Shown here piece after piece: positions 20,705-29,441 of a stretch of 43,382 bases of DNA. The notes beneath the pieces are model-generated. The model did not search any database. It saw only the letters and a list, made by a program, of their open reading frames with translations, and was not told the origin of the DNA. The translations under genes and the position numbers were made by a program. Source of the DNA: a virus (taxonomy: Duplodnaviria; Caudoviricetes); IMG/VR virus record IMGVR_UViG_3300018080_005156, positions 1-43,382 of that record. One strand, given 5' to 3'. The stretch's first letter is position 1; every line of letters begins with the position of its first letter.

Positions 20705-21606
20705 TCGAAAAATTGTGACATGGTCCTCACCTGTTGGACCTCAACAAAACCCCTTAGTTCCTCTATAATATTTTTTCTATCAAGATAAACAAAATCAATG
20801 GCTTTATCAATACCATTAATATAATTTAAATGATCAAATAATTTATCTTTTAATTCGCCCCCCAAAACTAAAGTCGCCAACAACTTATTGTAAGCTATTT
20901 CCCACGACTCCGGCTTAAATCTATTCTTTTTAACTATAAACCAATGGCCGGTTTCCACCCTGATATCTATTTTATTGGAGCCCCCCAGCATCCAATTTTT
21001 AATAGAAATATAAGGCTCAAGACACCCCCAATGGTAATGACCTTTAAAACCTTTTATATATTTATACCATTGTTTATTAACTGCATATACCGCACCAAGT
21101 ATACACGGCACTTCGTATACTGACTCCGCTGACAAAGTCTCAGCAAGCCATTTGGTACGCAACACTGTAGTCTCAGGTACAAAGTCTTCAATAAATGCAC
21201 CATAACCTTTAACAATACCTGAGTCATCAACACTTAAAGCATGTTCATGTAAATTTAAACATGTACTACAGTATAACGCTTTAGAATCCTCCCGTAAATC
21301 TGAAAGAAAATGATCTAACCAATCACCCCCTTTGAATACAATATCGCCACCACAAAGAATAATATTATCAGTATTAGCCCGGTCAACACCTGCATCAAAG
21401 GCGGCTCCAATTCCTTGCCTTTCTCCGAATTGAAAACGCCTAATTTCTTGGTCATAAGTATATGTATAAGTTTCTGTAGACGCATCATCAATTAATAATA
21501 TTTCAACTCGTTCACGTATACTAGGATGTATAGAATCCAGCAACAGTTGTACAAGACCAGCTTCATTGTGGTAACCTATAACAATTGATGCCTCTATTAC
21601 TCCCAT
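20647..21606 (-). CDS. GT-A glycosyltransferase (GT2 / polypeptide GalNAc-transferase-like)
   Basis: SIVIGYHNEA, EILLIDDAS, RQGIGAA, PCILGAVYAV, WGCLEPYISIKNWMLGG, GHWF correspond to GT27/GT2 motifs. Confidence 0.82.
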   Translation of the reverse strand: MGVIEASIVIGYHNEAGLVQLLLDSIHPSIRERVEILLIDDASTETYTYTYDQEIRRFQFGERQGIGAAFDAGVDRANTDNIILCGGDIVFKGGDWLDHFLSDLREDSKALYCSTCLNLHEHALSVDDSGIVKGYGAFIEDFVPETTVLRTKWLAETLSAESVYEVPCILGAVYAVNKQWYKYIKGFKGHYHWGCLEPYISIKNWMLGGSNKIDIRVETGHWFIVKKNRFKPESWEIAYNKLLATLVLGGELKDKLFDHLNYINGIDKAIDFVYLDRKNIIEELRGFVEVQQVRTMSQFFEWQNSLIYKLGKLPLMRNP

Positions 21607-21632
21607 ACGTAATTTTACCTAAAAAGGTTACA
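21605..21632 (-). promoter_or_regulatory. Phage promoter motif copy 1 (TGTAACC-N13-TTACGTAT)
   Basis: One of four copies of the motif, all on the minus strand; here the -10-like box overlaps the ATG at 21606. Confidence 0.5.
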
Positions 21633-21639
21633 AAAATCG

Positions 21640-21843
21640 TTATTTTTCTTTTATAACATTAGGATTTTTTGGTAAAAAAGCCCCAAAATACCTGATTCGA
21701 ATAGGTCTCCAGTCATTTTCATCCACAATTTTACGCTTAGTAAACAATATCGGATGATAAACAATCGCACGAATAATACGCTTGTCCTTCCTATATTTTA
21801 AGTACAACTCGTGTATTATATGCCTGTCAACACCTTCTCTCAT
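21640..21843 (-). CDS. HU/IHF-like DNA-binding protein
   Basis: Likely start MREGVD at 21843; IIHELYLKY...IIRAIV...PIRIRYFGAF resembles the HU/IHF helix-helix plus IxGFGxF motif; crAss-like synteny. Confidence 0.6.
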   Translation of the reverse strand: MREGVDRHIIHELYLKYRKDKRIIRAIVYHPILFTKRKIVDENDWRPIRIRYFGAFLPKNPNVIKEK

Positions 21844-21928
21844 CACTTGTAAATTGGATAGTCGAAAGGGGTGCCTTAGATTTAATATCATTAGGACACC
21901 CCCACGACCGGGAACCAAGGGAGGGGGA

Positions 21929-22318
21929 TTAGGTGAAATCTTTCTGTTTATCCCTTGAATCAAGAATAAATACTACCTCAAGTAAATCACCCGTTAATTT
22001 TGGAATAAACATCTCCCTTACTTCGTAACCATCATCAGTCTTAATTAAAACACCCTTCTCTCTCAGCACAGCGATATACTTACTAAGATTATTCTTATTA
22101 ATCCTAGTTTCCCGCATAATGGCTCTACGAATGTCAGTACTTAGAATGTTCTTAGGTTCCCCCAATTTAGATTCCCACTCACAATCAACCTTAAGTAACA
22201 ATGCAAATAATTCTGCCTCTCGATCTGATAGCTGCAACAATCCGTTTAATATGCGAACATACTCTTTATACAGATTTTTATGCTCAATATGTTTACCAAA
22301 TTCATTCATAATGTTCAA
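21929..22318 (-). CDS. Winged-helix DNA-binding protein (RepL-like)
   Basis: LSDREAELFALL...RRAIMRETRINKNNLSKYIAVLREKGVL wHTH pattern; conserved position in crAss-like phages. Confidence 0.68.
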   Translation of the reverse strand: MNIMNEFGKHIEHKNLYKEYVRILNGLLQLSDREAELFALLLKVDCEWESKLGEPKNILSTDIRRAIMRETRINKNNLSKYIAVLREKGVLIKTDDGYEVREMFIPKLTGDLLEVVFILDSRDKQKDFT

Positions 22319-22320
22319 TT

Positions 22321-22533
22321 GATACCCCCACGCAAGGTTTCTGGTTCACCGTACCCCGGGTCTTAACCCGTTTCCTCTTTTTCCGCGGTCTTGTTCAACT
22401 ACTACAAACCCTTTTTCATCAAACTGAGTCTCACCTCAGATACGGATATACTACAGCTGGACTTCCGGTAGTCACTTTAAGCAGAAGCACGCATCAGACT
22501 AAAATGCCGTTACCTGGGTCTTGTGGGACTATC
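22321..22533 (-). ncRNA. Putative structured RNA (unknown family)
   Basis: ORF-free, GC-richer 213 nt; ends pair on the minus strand (GATA-GTCCCAC-AAG / CTTG-CGTGGGGG-TATC); internal hairpins CTGAG-GTGAGA-CTCAG and CGGG-TTAAGA-CCCG. Confidence 0.5.
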
Positions 22534-22546
22534 AATTTTATTATAG

Positions 22547-23101
22547 TTAAAGCGTAATTGTTTCCCGATCCGGTTCCGCTTCTTTCTCTCCTTCTTCCGG
22601 TTCCTTGTCTTCTTCCTGATCTTCTTCTGCTTTTTCTTCAGCCTCAGGCTCATCTGTCACATCTTCTTCCTGCGTCTCATCTTGAGCCTCAAGAAATTCA
22701 GCCTCCGATTCTGCCGCTTCAGTTTTTTCTTCTTCAGTCAATTCTTCAGCAGCAACTTCTTTAAGCTTAGCCTCTTTAGCTTCAGCTTGTACAGCTTCCT
22801 GTTCTTGTTTCAATGCTTCTTCCATAGCTTCTTTTTTAATATTATATTCAACATCACGATCATCAGACATACCTGTGAATGTTAGATTTAATTCATTCCC
22901 ACATTCACCACATTTCAATTTTATCTCAGCATTTTCAACAGTAGCTAAAATAAAACTTATGCCACCAGGTATATCCTCCTGTAAGATCTCTTCATTCCCA
23001 CATTGTCCACATTTAAGGGTAAGATCCCCTATTTCATGGTGAACAACCTTATGGTTTTCAATAGTACTTTCCTGTTTTTTTTCCGTTGTTTTATCACTCA
23101 T
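22547..23101 (-). CDS. Zinc-ribbon protein with acidic tail
   Basis: Two CxxC motifs (CGQC, CGEC) followed by a Glu-rich low-complexity C-terminus. Confidence 0.7.
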   Translation of the reverse strand: MSDKTTEKKQESTIENHKVVHHEIGDLTLKCGQCGNEEILQEDIPGGISFILATVENAEIKLKCGECGNELNLTFTGMSDDRDVEYNIKKEAMEEALKQEQEAVQAEAKEAKLKEVAAEELTEEEKTEAAESEAEFLEAQDETQEEDVTDEPEAEEKAEEDQEEDKEPEEGEKEAEPDRETITL

Positions 23102-23526
23102 TACGATATAAAATTAGGTTCGCCTTCCCTAGCTTCCCAGTATACATGAGTAAATCCAGGCACAACATAGTGAGACATATTATTTAAATCATATATCCTA
23201 TGCCCACCATTAGAACCTACGTGCAAAAGCAAAGGCTCATAAATCGTAACCTCAGATCCATCCGGATATTCATAAACCCTGTACAATTCACTAGAAACAT
23301 CCATAAACTTAAGACCAGATGTATTGATAAAACTTTCAATACCATCATCTATCTGTTCATAGAGATTCTGCATTAATGTTTCTTGTGGCAAACTCATATT
23401 AAAATTATTAACATTCAACATAAATAATCCCATCAGGATCACATTCATAAATATCAACCACCCGAATAACCTTAACTTCTTTCCTTTTCGGAAAAACAAT
23501 TTTTTTAGGTTTCGGTTTAGTTTCAT
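23101..23526 (-). CDS. Hypothetical membrane-anchored protein
   Basis: Basic N-terminus plus one hydrophobic segment; coupled to the next gene. Confidence 0.6.
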   Translation of the reverse strand: MKLNRNLKKLFFRKGKKLRLFGWLIFMNVILMGLFMLNVNNFNMSLPQETLMQNLYEQIDDGIESFINTSGLKFMDVSSELYRVYEYPDGSEVTIYEPLLLHVGSNGGHRIYDLNNMSHYVVPGFTHVYWEAREGEPNFIS

Positions 23527-23569
23527 TTACCCTATAACATCTCCAAGTTTCCATAATTCCCTTGTTTAA

Positions 23570-23956
23570 TTAATCTTCTTCCTTTGGCAAAATGCCTGCA
23601 TCAACCATAATATCATAGAGCTCCATCTGACTATCAACATCACCCTTATATGTCACATGATCTGGCACGGCGCGTACTATTACAACACTGTCGTCTACCT
23701 TACGCAAAGACCAGTACATATGTATATCATCAGATGACTCAAACAAAAACGTCCCATCATCCGCTAGTGATTTAGCCCAACCAAGCTCCTCTATTTGTTG
23801 ATCACTTAACACCCTGCTTAACCTTCTTTTTACTTCTATTTTTATTATAATGCTGTTGTCTTGCCTGCAACTTCTCTTCAAGCTTAACAATATAATCATT
23901 AAGCTCCCCCAAATTTTGTTCAAGCAATTCAACATGCCGTTCCAGTCGACGCTCAT
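23570..23956 (-). CDS. Hypothetical protein (true start probably internal, near 23812)
   Basis: ORF track; its N-terminal part overlaps 23802-24032. Confidence 0.5.
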   Translation of the reverse strand: MSVDWNGMLNCLNKIWGSLMIILLSLKRSCRQDNSIIIKIEVKRRLSRVLSDQQIEELGWAKSLADDGTFLFESSDDIHMYWSLRKVDDSVVIVRAVPDHVTYKGDVDSQMELYDIMVDAGILPKEED

Positions 23957-24032
23957 ATCTCATCAACAGCAAGTCTCTAACCCACTGTTTGAATGTCTTC
24001 CGTTCTTTCCTTCTTTTCCCCAAAAACTTCAT
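23802..24032 (-). CDS. Hypothetical coiled-coil protein
   Basis: 76 aa basic/coiled-coil ORF in the gene-dense minus-strand block. Confidence 0.5.
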   Translation of the reverse strand: MKFLGKRRKERKTFKQWVRDLLLMRYERRLERHVELLEQNLGELNDYIVKLEEKLQARQQHYNKNRSKKKVKQGVK

Positions 24033-24351
24033 CTTCTTCTATACTAACATTACTAGCTAAACTATTAACCAACCCAAACAAATCAGGTTTTATAAGTTCA
24101 GACTTAATACCTTTTATTTTTGCAATCGTAAAATAATCGCAACTATCTTGATGATGGTACCAAAAAATATTATAATCCGAACGATCACGATAATACTTCA
24201 ACGAAACAGGTCCTAAAAATTTTCCATCTGGACCAGAGGCATCATCAACCCCCAAGTATTCCTTTGTAACAGTAACGCCATTCGGATAATACCTAGTTAC
24301 CCAAAAGCTACCATCCTTATAGTACCACCCACGCTTTTCCTCCTCATTCAT
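23977..24351 (-). CDS. Hypothetical protein
   Basis: 124 aa ORF, ATGA-coupled to the upstream methyltransferase. Confidence 0.6.
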   Translation of the reverse strand: MNEEEKRGWYYKDGSFWVTRYYPNGVTVTKEYLGVDDASGPDGKFLGPVSLKYYRDRSDYNIFWYHHQDSCDYFTIAKIKGIKSELIKPDLFGLVNSLASNVSIEEDEVFGEKKERTEDIQTVG

Positions 24352-25067
24352 ACGCGACGTAAATAACCATACGTATTAAACGTAGAATTAACACCAAACA
24401 TATCACACCAGCGAAAATCTATGTGAAAATCCTTGTTCTTACTTAAAAATTCAAATATAGCCCGTAACGGACCACCATCCATCCATTCCCTACGTTCTTT
24501 ATCATCACAAACTTCTAACGCATTACCATCTTCAATAATTAAATATGAACCTGAGGATATTAAATCCTTAAATTTTTCCGCGGCTGCAAGCACATCTGAA
24601 TACACGTGAGACCCATCATCAATAACCATTATACGTTTAAATCCAGCACAGTTGGATAAATCATAATCCTCCCAACCACCACTAAAAGTCTTAACATGTG
24701 GATGACTAACTACTATCTCAGGGTAATTTGTGGCTTCAGCGGGATTAAGTTTATCCCCCTGTTCAGCATGATATTCCCTACGTTGAAATGGATCAATCAA
24801 ATCAATTGTATGCACTTCCGCACCTTCAATACCAAACAAAACTAACAAATCAGCAAGATATAAAGCTGAGCCACCATGCATAGTCCCTATCTCAATAATA
24901 AGATCTGGGCGTACTTCATGTATAATCATCTGGTACATAAAGTAATCAATGGGAAATTTCTGTATTGACACCCCACGATAAAGTGCCCTAGCCAAACCTT
25001 TGTGTATTGCTTGTACATCTAAATGTGCCATCACTCGTTGCAAATTTCTGCCGCACGATTCAACCAA
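24348..25067 (-). CDS. CmcI-family (cephalosporin hydroxylase-like / sugar O-) methyltransferase
   Basis: QKFPIDYFMYQMIIHEVRPDLIIEIGTMHGGSAL, TID, MVIDDGSH, GSYLIIEDG, GGPLRAI..FL, GYLRR are CmcI-family motifs. Confidence 0.88.
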   Translation of the reverse strand: MVESCGRNLQRVMAHLDVQAIHKGLARALYRGVSIQKFPIDYFMYQMIIHEVRPDLIIEIGTMHGGSALYLADLLVLFGIEGAEVHTIDLIDPFQRREYHAEQGDKLNPAEATNYPEIVVSHPHVKTFSGGWEDYDLSNCAGFKRIMVIDDGSHVYSDVLAAAEKFKDLISSGSYLIIEDGNALEVCDDKERREWMDGGPLRAIFEFLSKNKDFHIDFRWCDMFGVNSTFNTYGYLRRV

Positions 25068-25603
25068 CCCCTGATATTCGAAAACCGCCTTTCCTCAGCT
25101 GCTTTCTCAGAACGATGTGAAACTATATCCGCTAAAGCGTTATTGTACATTTCACAAATATCTACCGAATCAATTTCACCAACCTTTTTAATTTCAAAAA
25201 GATTTACAAGCGATACACCATCACCACCATTCCACAAAGCAAAATCTACACCAGTAAAAGTCCAACGAGAGTCTACCCCACGTAACTCAATACTAGTAGT
25301 ATCACCGCCAGAAGAACCAACAGTATCATCATTTACAGTAGACCATTCATAAACTTCAATGGATCGCCGATCAGACCCTAAACATGTTTCATTTTTATAC
25401 CATGCAGATACAGTTACAAACTCATCATCAACGCTAGCGACAATACTATAAGGACCATCTTTATAAATCTTCTTATCAATAATATACCTATCATCAGTTG
25501 ACCTTTGAATATACCCTGTAATTACCATAACCATAGTACCAACCAACAAAAGCCCAACAATAGCTAAATTAAACCACCTTTTCATTTTCACCTTAGCCCC
25601 CAC
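25031..25603 (-). CDS. Hypothetical membrane-anchored protein
   Basis: N-terminal hydrophobic helix, 190 aa. Confidence 0.6.
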   Translation of the reverse strand: MGAKVKMKRWFNLAIVGLLLVGTMVMVITGYIQRSTDDRYIIDKKIYKDGPYSIVASVDDEFVTVSAWYKNETCLGSDRRSIEVYEWSTVNDDTVGSSGGDTTSIELRGVDSRWTFTGVDFALWNGGDGVSLVNLFEIKKVGEIDSVDICEMYNNALADIVSHRSEKAAEERRFSNIRGWLNRAAEICNE

Positions 25604-25953
25604 GTTTTACCCTATTTATTTCTTTTAATAATGGACATGTGTCTGGTGCACAAAACATAGGTCCAGCGGGGTTGTCACACCCATCTATAGCCAATGACCC
25701 ATAACTATTAACATCTTTAAACCTTACCCTATCCGGGCATTCCTTGTTTGAAAACCGCACTACCCAATTCATAATCTATCACCTAAACCTTTATTTATTA
25801 TTGCCCCCATTAAAATGAAGAACAATATCCAAAGCAAATAACATTATAATCAGCCCTAAGTAAATATCCATGGCCCCTTTAGCCACAGCTATTATCGCTA
25901 AAACAAATATAATTGGCTTTGATATATTTACTTTATTCCACTGCATACACTAT

Positions 25954-25983
25954 AGTATACGTAAAAAACAAAAAAAGGTTACA
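25954..25983 (-). promoter_or_regulatory. Phage promoter motif copy 2 (TGTAACC-N12-TTACGTATAC)
   Basis: Repeated motif; a short hydrophobic ORF starts at 25946 just downstream. Confidence 0.65.
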
Positions 25984-26092
25984 CTTTTGTATAACCTTTT
26001 TGCTATTTTTATTATATAACTATTATTTAACTTTAAGCAAATCCAACGCAGCCCAAACAAAAGCCAACACTACGCAGAAAATAATCAACACC

Positions 26093-26899
26093 TTAATTGT
26101 CATTATACAATCTCTTTAGTACACCTACCTCCAACACACCATCAGCATAAACCAAGTGACGACTAGTAGACCAATTCAAAAACACGCCCCAACGCCAACT
26201 ACTCATATGTCTGTAGCCCATAACTTCAGCTTGGGTAACATGGGCCCCAAACAAAAGCTTAAGCACATAATTACAGCAATTTTTAGGTAAATACCCCCTT
26301 AGCACTTTTTGTAAACTACTTTTATGTTTACTAGCGGGCAGATGATATAACTGCCACCCTTTTATGTGCAAACTATAAGTAGGTACCATAAATTGACGTA
26401 ACCATTTTTGATAGCTACTAAGCTGTGACTGATAGGTAACCCCATTAGTAGCCCACCAATCATTAGGGTATTCAACAAACGGTTGACCAGCCAACAAGTA
26501 CACAAACCTATTCCACTTGGTCCCCACATGTGCCCCAATAATTTGCGTTTTGTACCATAGCCAAGCACAAAACTTATTGCCACACAATGCCCTAGACCAT
26601 AGAAATAAACCCCGCTTATTAACAATCTGCGGCTTATACATTACATAATAAGCCCAATGATCCCTTGAGGATAACTCCCCATGAGCCGGGTGACGGTACA
26701 ATTTACCGCCCCTATAACAGTCCCCTAAACCTGTTTCAGCGGGCCCATAAGCGTATAGGTACATTACTGTACGCCCAATAGCATCCCGCCAAGAAATATC
26801 ATCACCTTTAATCACACACATACCATACTCATCAAAGTATTGATATGTACCCCCAATACTTGGTACCATAAACAATAAAATAATTAGTGTTTTGAACAC
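26093..26899 (-). CDS. Hypothetical exported protein
   Basis: 268 aa, N-terminal signal-like segment, YRHP...SRDH motif. Confidence 0.6.
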   Translation of the reverse strand: MFKTLIILLFMVPSIGGTYQYFDEYGMCVIKGDDISWRDAIGRTVMYLYAYGPAETGLGDCYRGGKLYRHPAHGELSSRDHWAYYVMYKPQIVNKRGLFLWSRALCGNKFCAWLWYKTQIIGAHVGTKWNRFVYLLAGQPFVEYPNDWWATNGVTYQSQLSSYQKWLRQFMVPTYSLHIKGWQLYHLPASKHKSSLQKVLRGYLPKNCCNYVLKLLFGAHVTQAEVMGYRHMSSWRWGVFLNWSTSRHLVYADGVLEVGVLKRLYNDN

Positions 26900-27100
26900 T
26901 TAAGATATTTCAACTAGAGTAACTTTTACTACCCCAATACCCTTACAAGTTTCACATTTCACCCATTTTTCGCCTTGAATGGCATACTTCCCTTTTGGCA
27001 CAAGATTACCACCATGCCCATGACAATCTGAGCATTTCACTATCGCCTTTCCTTCATCCTTTAGGTAACGCAAAACCTTACTTGTTATTTCCTTCCCCAT
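26900..27100 (-). CDS. DnaJ-type zinc finger protein
   Basis: Two CxxCxGxG motifs (CSDCHGHG, CETCKGIG). Confidence 0.7.
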   Translation of the reverse strand: MGKEITSKVLRYLKDEGKAIVKCSDCHGHGGNLVPKGKYAIQGEKWVKCETCKGIGVVKVTLVEIS

Positions 27101-27129
27101 GCCGCTTTATTTATAATAAATTAAACCTA

Positions 27130-27381
27130 TTAACCCCCCTTTTTATAACCAAACTTATACACTACTTTAGACATAAACCATTCAGGCATATAAACCCATA
27201 CTGTATTAGTGTCTTTAATAATATCCTTATCATAGAAACATATAGACTTGGGAAACCACTGTGTACGTTTGGTCACACGCCCAATTTTAGCTAAAAATGC
27301 TTTATCAGTCTCCCTTAACAATATCCCTTTCCTAATTATCAGTTTATTGCTGTTCCTAAACTTCTTTTCCCCCCGTAACAT
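27130..27381 (-). CDS. Hypothetical protein
   Basis: 83 aa with RETDKAFL...WFPKS...MPEW motif common in small phage proteins. Confidence 0.62.
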   Translation of the reverse strand: MLRGEKKFRNSNKLIIRKGILLRETDKAFLAKIGRVTKRTQWFPKSICFYDKDIIKDTNTVWVYMPEWFMSKVVYKFGYKKGG

Positions 27382-27422
27382 AATCCTTGATTTAAACAGA
27401 CCTCGGGTTAGGCTATTCTTTA

Positions 27423-27449
27423 CATATTAACCATATTAACCATATTAAC
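27423..27449. repeat. Tandem repeat (CATATTAAC)x3
   Basis: Three exact 9-bp copies seen directly. Confidence 0.85.
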
Positions 27450-27734
27450 CAAATAATACGGTTATAACGGTATTGAAGTCCTAAGCCAAATTAAACGGTA
27501 TCCTAAATAAAAGACCTTCCCGCCCCTTTAAAAACATATTTTCTGTTTTTTGTGTGTTTATACTCAATTAAGAGTGGATCACCACTCACCGTTTCTATTC
27601 GGCCTGTCCCGTACAGTAAAGATATTTGCCTGATCCAACAGTCGTTGCTGACTGAAGTTGGTGGCGGTTCATATGAACACTTTCGTAAGCCCAACTTAAC
27701 CTAGGAAGTCCCTAACTAACTAGGTGTTTACCAT

Positions 27735-27764
27735 AGTATACGTAAGAAATTATAAAAGGTTACA
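27735..27764 (-). promoter_or_regulatory. Phage promoter motif copy 3 (TGTAACC-N12-TTACGTATAC)
   Basis: Repeated motif; precedes a ~340-nt hairpin-rich segment with no convincing ORF. Confidence 0.65.
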
Positions 27765-27784
27765 AAAAAATGGTTATTTTTTTT

Positions 27785-27982
27785 CTATAACCCAAAAAAA
27801 TTTATTTTCTTTTGTTGTCCAGATATGTCAGCAATTGGGCAGTTCTCAATTGTACACTCCTCGTTTAGGTACGTACAAGTATAACCCCCATTAGAATTTG
27901 CCCGCCTAAAATCACAAGCAGAGCTAAAAGTAATGGGGTGTGCCCCATCAACATTCCAGATGCCCCAGTCTTTATCAGCCAT
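27785..27982 (-). CDS. Small Cys-rich hypothetical protein
   Basis: 65 aa, four Cys, ATG with A-rich leader. Confidence 0.55.
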   Translation of the reverse strand: MADKDWGIWNVDGAHPITFSSACDFRRANSNGGYTCTYLNEECTIENCPIADISGQQKKINFFGL

Positions 27983-28088
27983 AATTACAAAAAGGTTAAC
28001 GTCAAAAAATAACCCATAACAGCTAATGCAGCCAGACCAATTGCTATAGCTGCATACAAACCATATTTAACTTTCTCATTCATTACTA

Positions 28089-28289
28089 TTACCAGGTGTT
28101 AAAATAAGTAATAACTAAATTTAACATGCTCAACACTACAACAATCATAGTCGCTATAGCAGTTAAATTAACATTTCGTTGTATTGCTGATAAATCATTT
28201 TTTGCCACATTACTATTATATACAATATCCTCAAGCTTGGCTACTCTGTCAAATAACTGTTGAGTTGCTTTATCCTCAATTAATGCCAT
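28089..28289 (-). CDS. Small membrane protein
   Basis: 66 aa, coiled-coil N-terminus and C-terminal TM helix. Confidence 0.6.
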   Translation of the reverse strand: MALIEDKATQQLFDRVAKLEDIVYNSNVAKNDLSAIQRNVNLTAIATMIVVVLSMLNLVITYFNTW

Positions 28290-28325
28290 TACTATTTTCT
28301 ATTTTTTTTTAAATTTTCTTATTAG

Positions 28326-28697
28326 TTAGTTTTGGTCCCAACGACCCAAAACTTCGAATACCCTAACTAACTTGGTACCCTTGATAAGGTCAAAATCAAT
28401 ACCTCTGCCAGAGTAAACAATTGTATCACCTACCTCCCAAACGGCCCTATTACCACTCGGCTTAACCAATACTTCAGCTAATTGCTGATTAGCCGGTACA
28501 CGTTTCTTTTCCTCCTTAGTCTGCTTAACACCTTGTTCATCTACTTCGTCTGTTTCAACCAACACCTTTTTTGTAAGTTTGATCTCTCTTAGGGGTTTAA
28601 CCAAATAAAAGTCTTCCCCGCTTATAAATTTTCCCTTAACCATATCAACATGTTTTAACATTAACCTATTTTTAACGGGCAATTTTCTTTTGTACAA
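28326..28697 (-). CDS. GroES-like co-chaperonin (likely start 28661)
   Basis: DFYLVKPL...AEVLVKP...WEVGDTIVY...LVRVFEVLG follows the GroES/Cpn10 pattern with an extended mobile loop. Confidence 0.68.
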   Translation of the reverse strand: MYKRKLPVKNRLMLKHVDMVKGKFISGEDFYLVKPLREIKLTKKVLVETDEVDEQGVKQTKEEKKRVPANQQLAEVLVKPSGNRAVWEVGDTIVYSGRGIDFDLIKGTKLVRVFEVLGRWDQN

Positions 28698-29048
28698 TCT
28701 GTATCATCTTTTTAACCATTTTTCCATAACCCGTTAATATGTTTTAACAACTTATTAAAAACAACTTTATGTTGTTTGTGTACATATTTATGTTCCGCAT
28801 ACAACTTTAACAACTCCCTGGCTGTCCTAAGGTCCTTTTTAGTCATTTTCTCCATAATTACTATTCTAACCTATCAAGTAATTTCTCAAGTTCATGTATA
28901 GCCCTATCACAAGCCATACGCTCCATTACATTATTACGCTTATTAAAATGAGCTGATTCATACTCAATTTGGTTAATCCGTTGTCGAATTAATGTTTTGA
29001 CGTCTCCTTTCATATTTTTATCCTATAAAAATTGCACACACATAATAA

Positions 29049-29252
29049 TTAATTAAGTTGAGTTGTATATAGAGTTACCACATATATAGTATCCCTAGCG
29101 TTGCACAACGGACACTGTGCCTCAGTGGCATACAAAGGTTCAAACATTTTACCATCTCTCTGTTCCGTATGTGTAAAATTGCTGTTACAATGATTACAGT
29201 GTACAGTAACAGGTTGTTGGTAAAATCTCTCTTCTTTTCTCTGTTTCCCCAT
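29049..29252 (-). CDS. Small zinc-ribbon protein
   Basis: CNHC and CPLC motifs; first gene downstream of promoter copy 4. Confidence 0.65.
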   Translation of the reverse strand: MGKQRKEERFYQQPVTVHCNHCNSNFTHTEQRDGKMFEPLYATEAQCPLCNARDTIYVVTLYTTQLN

Positions 29253-29258
29253 ATTTAT

Positions 29259-29287
29259 GTATACGTAACTTAGCCCAAAAGGTTACA
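29259..29287 (-). promoter_or_regulatory. Phage promoter motif copy 4 (TGTAACC-N12-TTACGTATAC) at the head of the minus-strand block
   Basis: Repeated motif located exactly at the strand switch, a few nt upstream of ATG 29252. Confidence 0.7.
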
Positions 29288-29441
29288 TTATTTATGGATT
29301 TTTTGCAAAATTTTTTTAAATTTTCATTTTAATTTATATTTAGCTAAACGTGTAGGACCACAGTCAAGGAGCCCCATTGCTTTCCCGGGCGAAAAGTCCC
29401 CCCAGGTAAAATTATGGTATTAACCTTTAAATCCAGGTACT

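Noticed and set aside
27423-27449. Repeat as a CRISPR array
   Set aside because: Only 9-bp tandem copies without spacers; no cas genes
28661-28727. Possible TGA/TAG stop-codon reassignment (common in some crAss-like phages), prompted by an in-frame TGA upstream of the GroES-like gene
   Set aside because: All long genes are intact in code 11, several end in TGA with ATGA coupling, the region is explained by a separate 47-aa ORF in another frame, and no suppressor tRNA is seen
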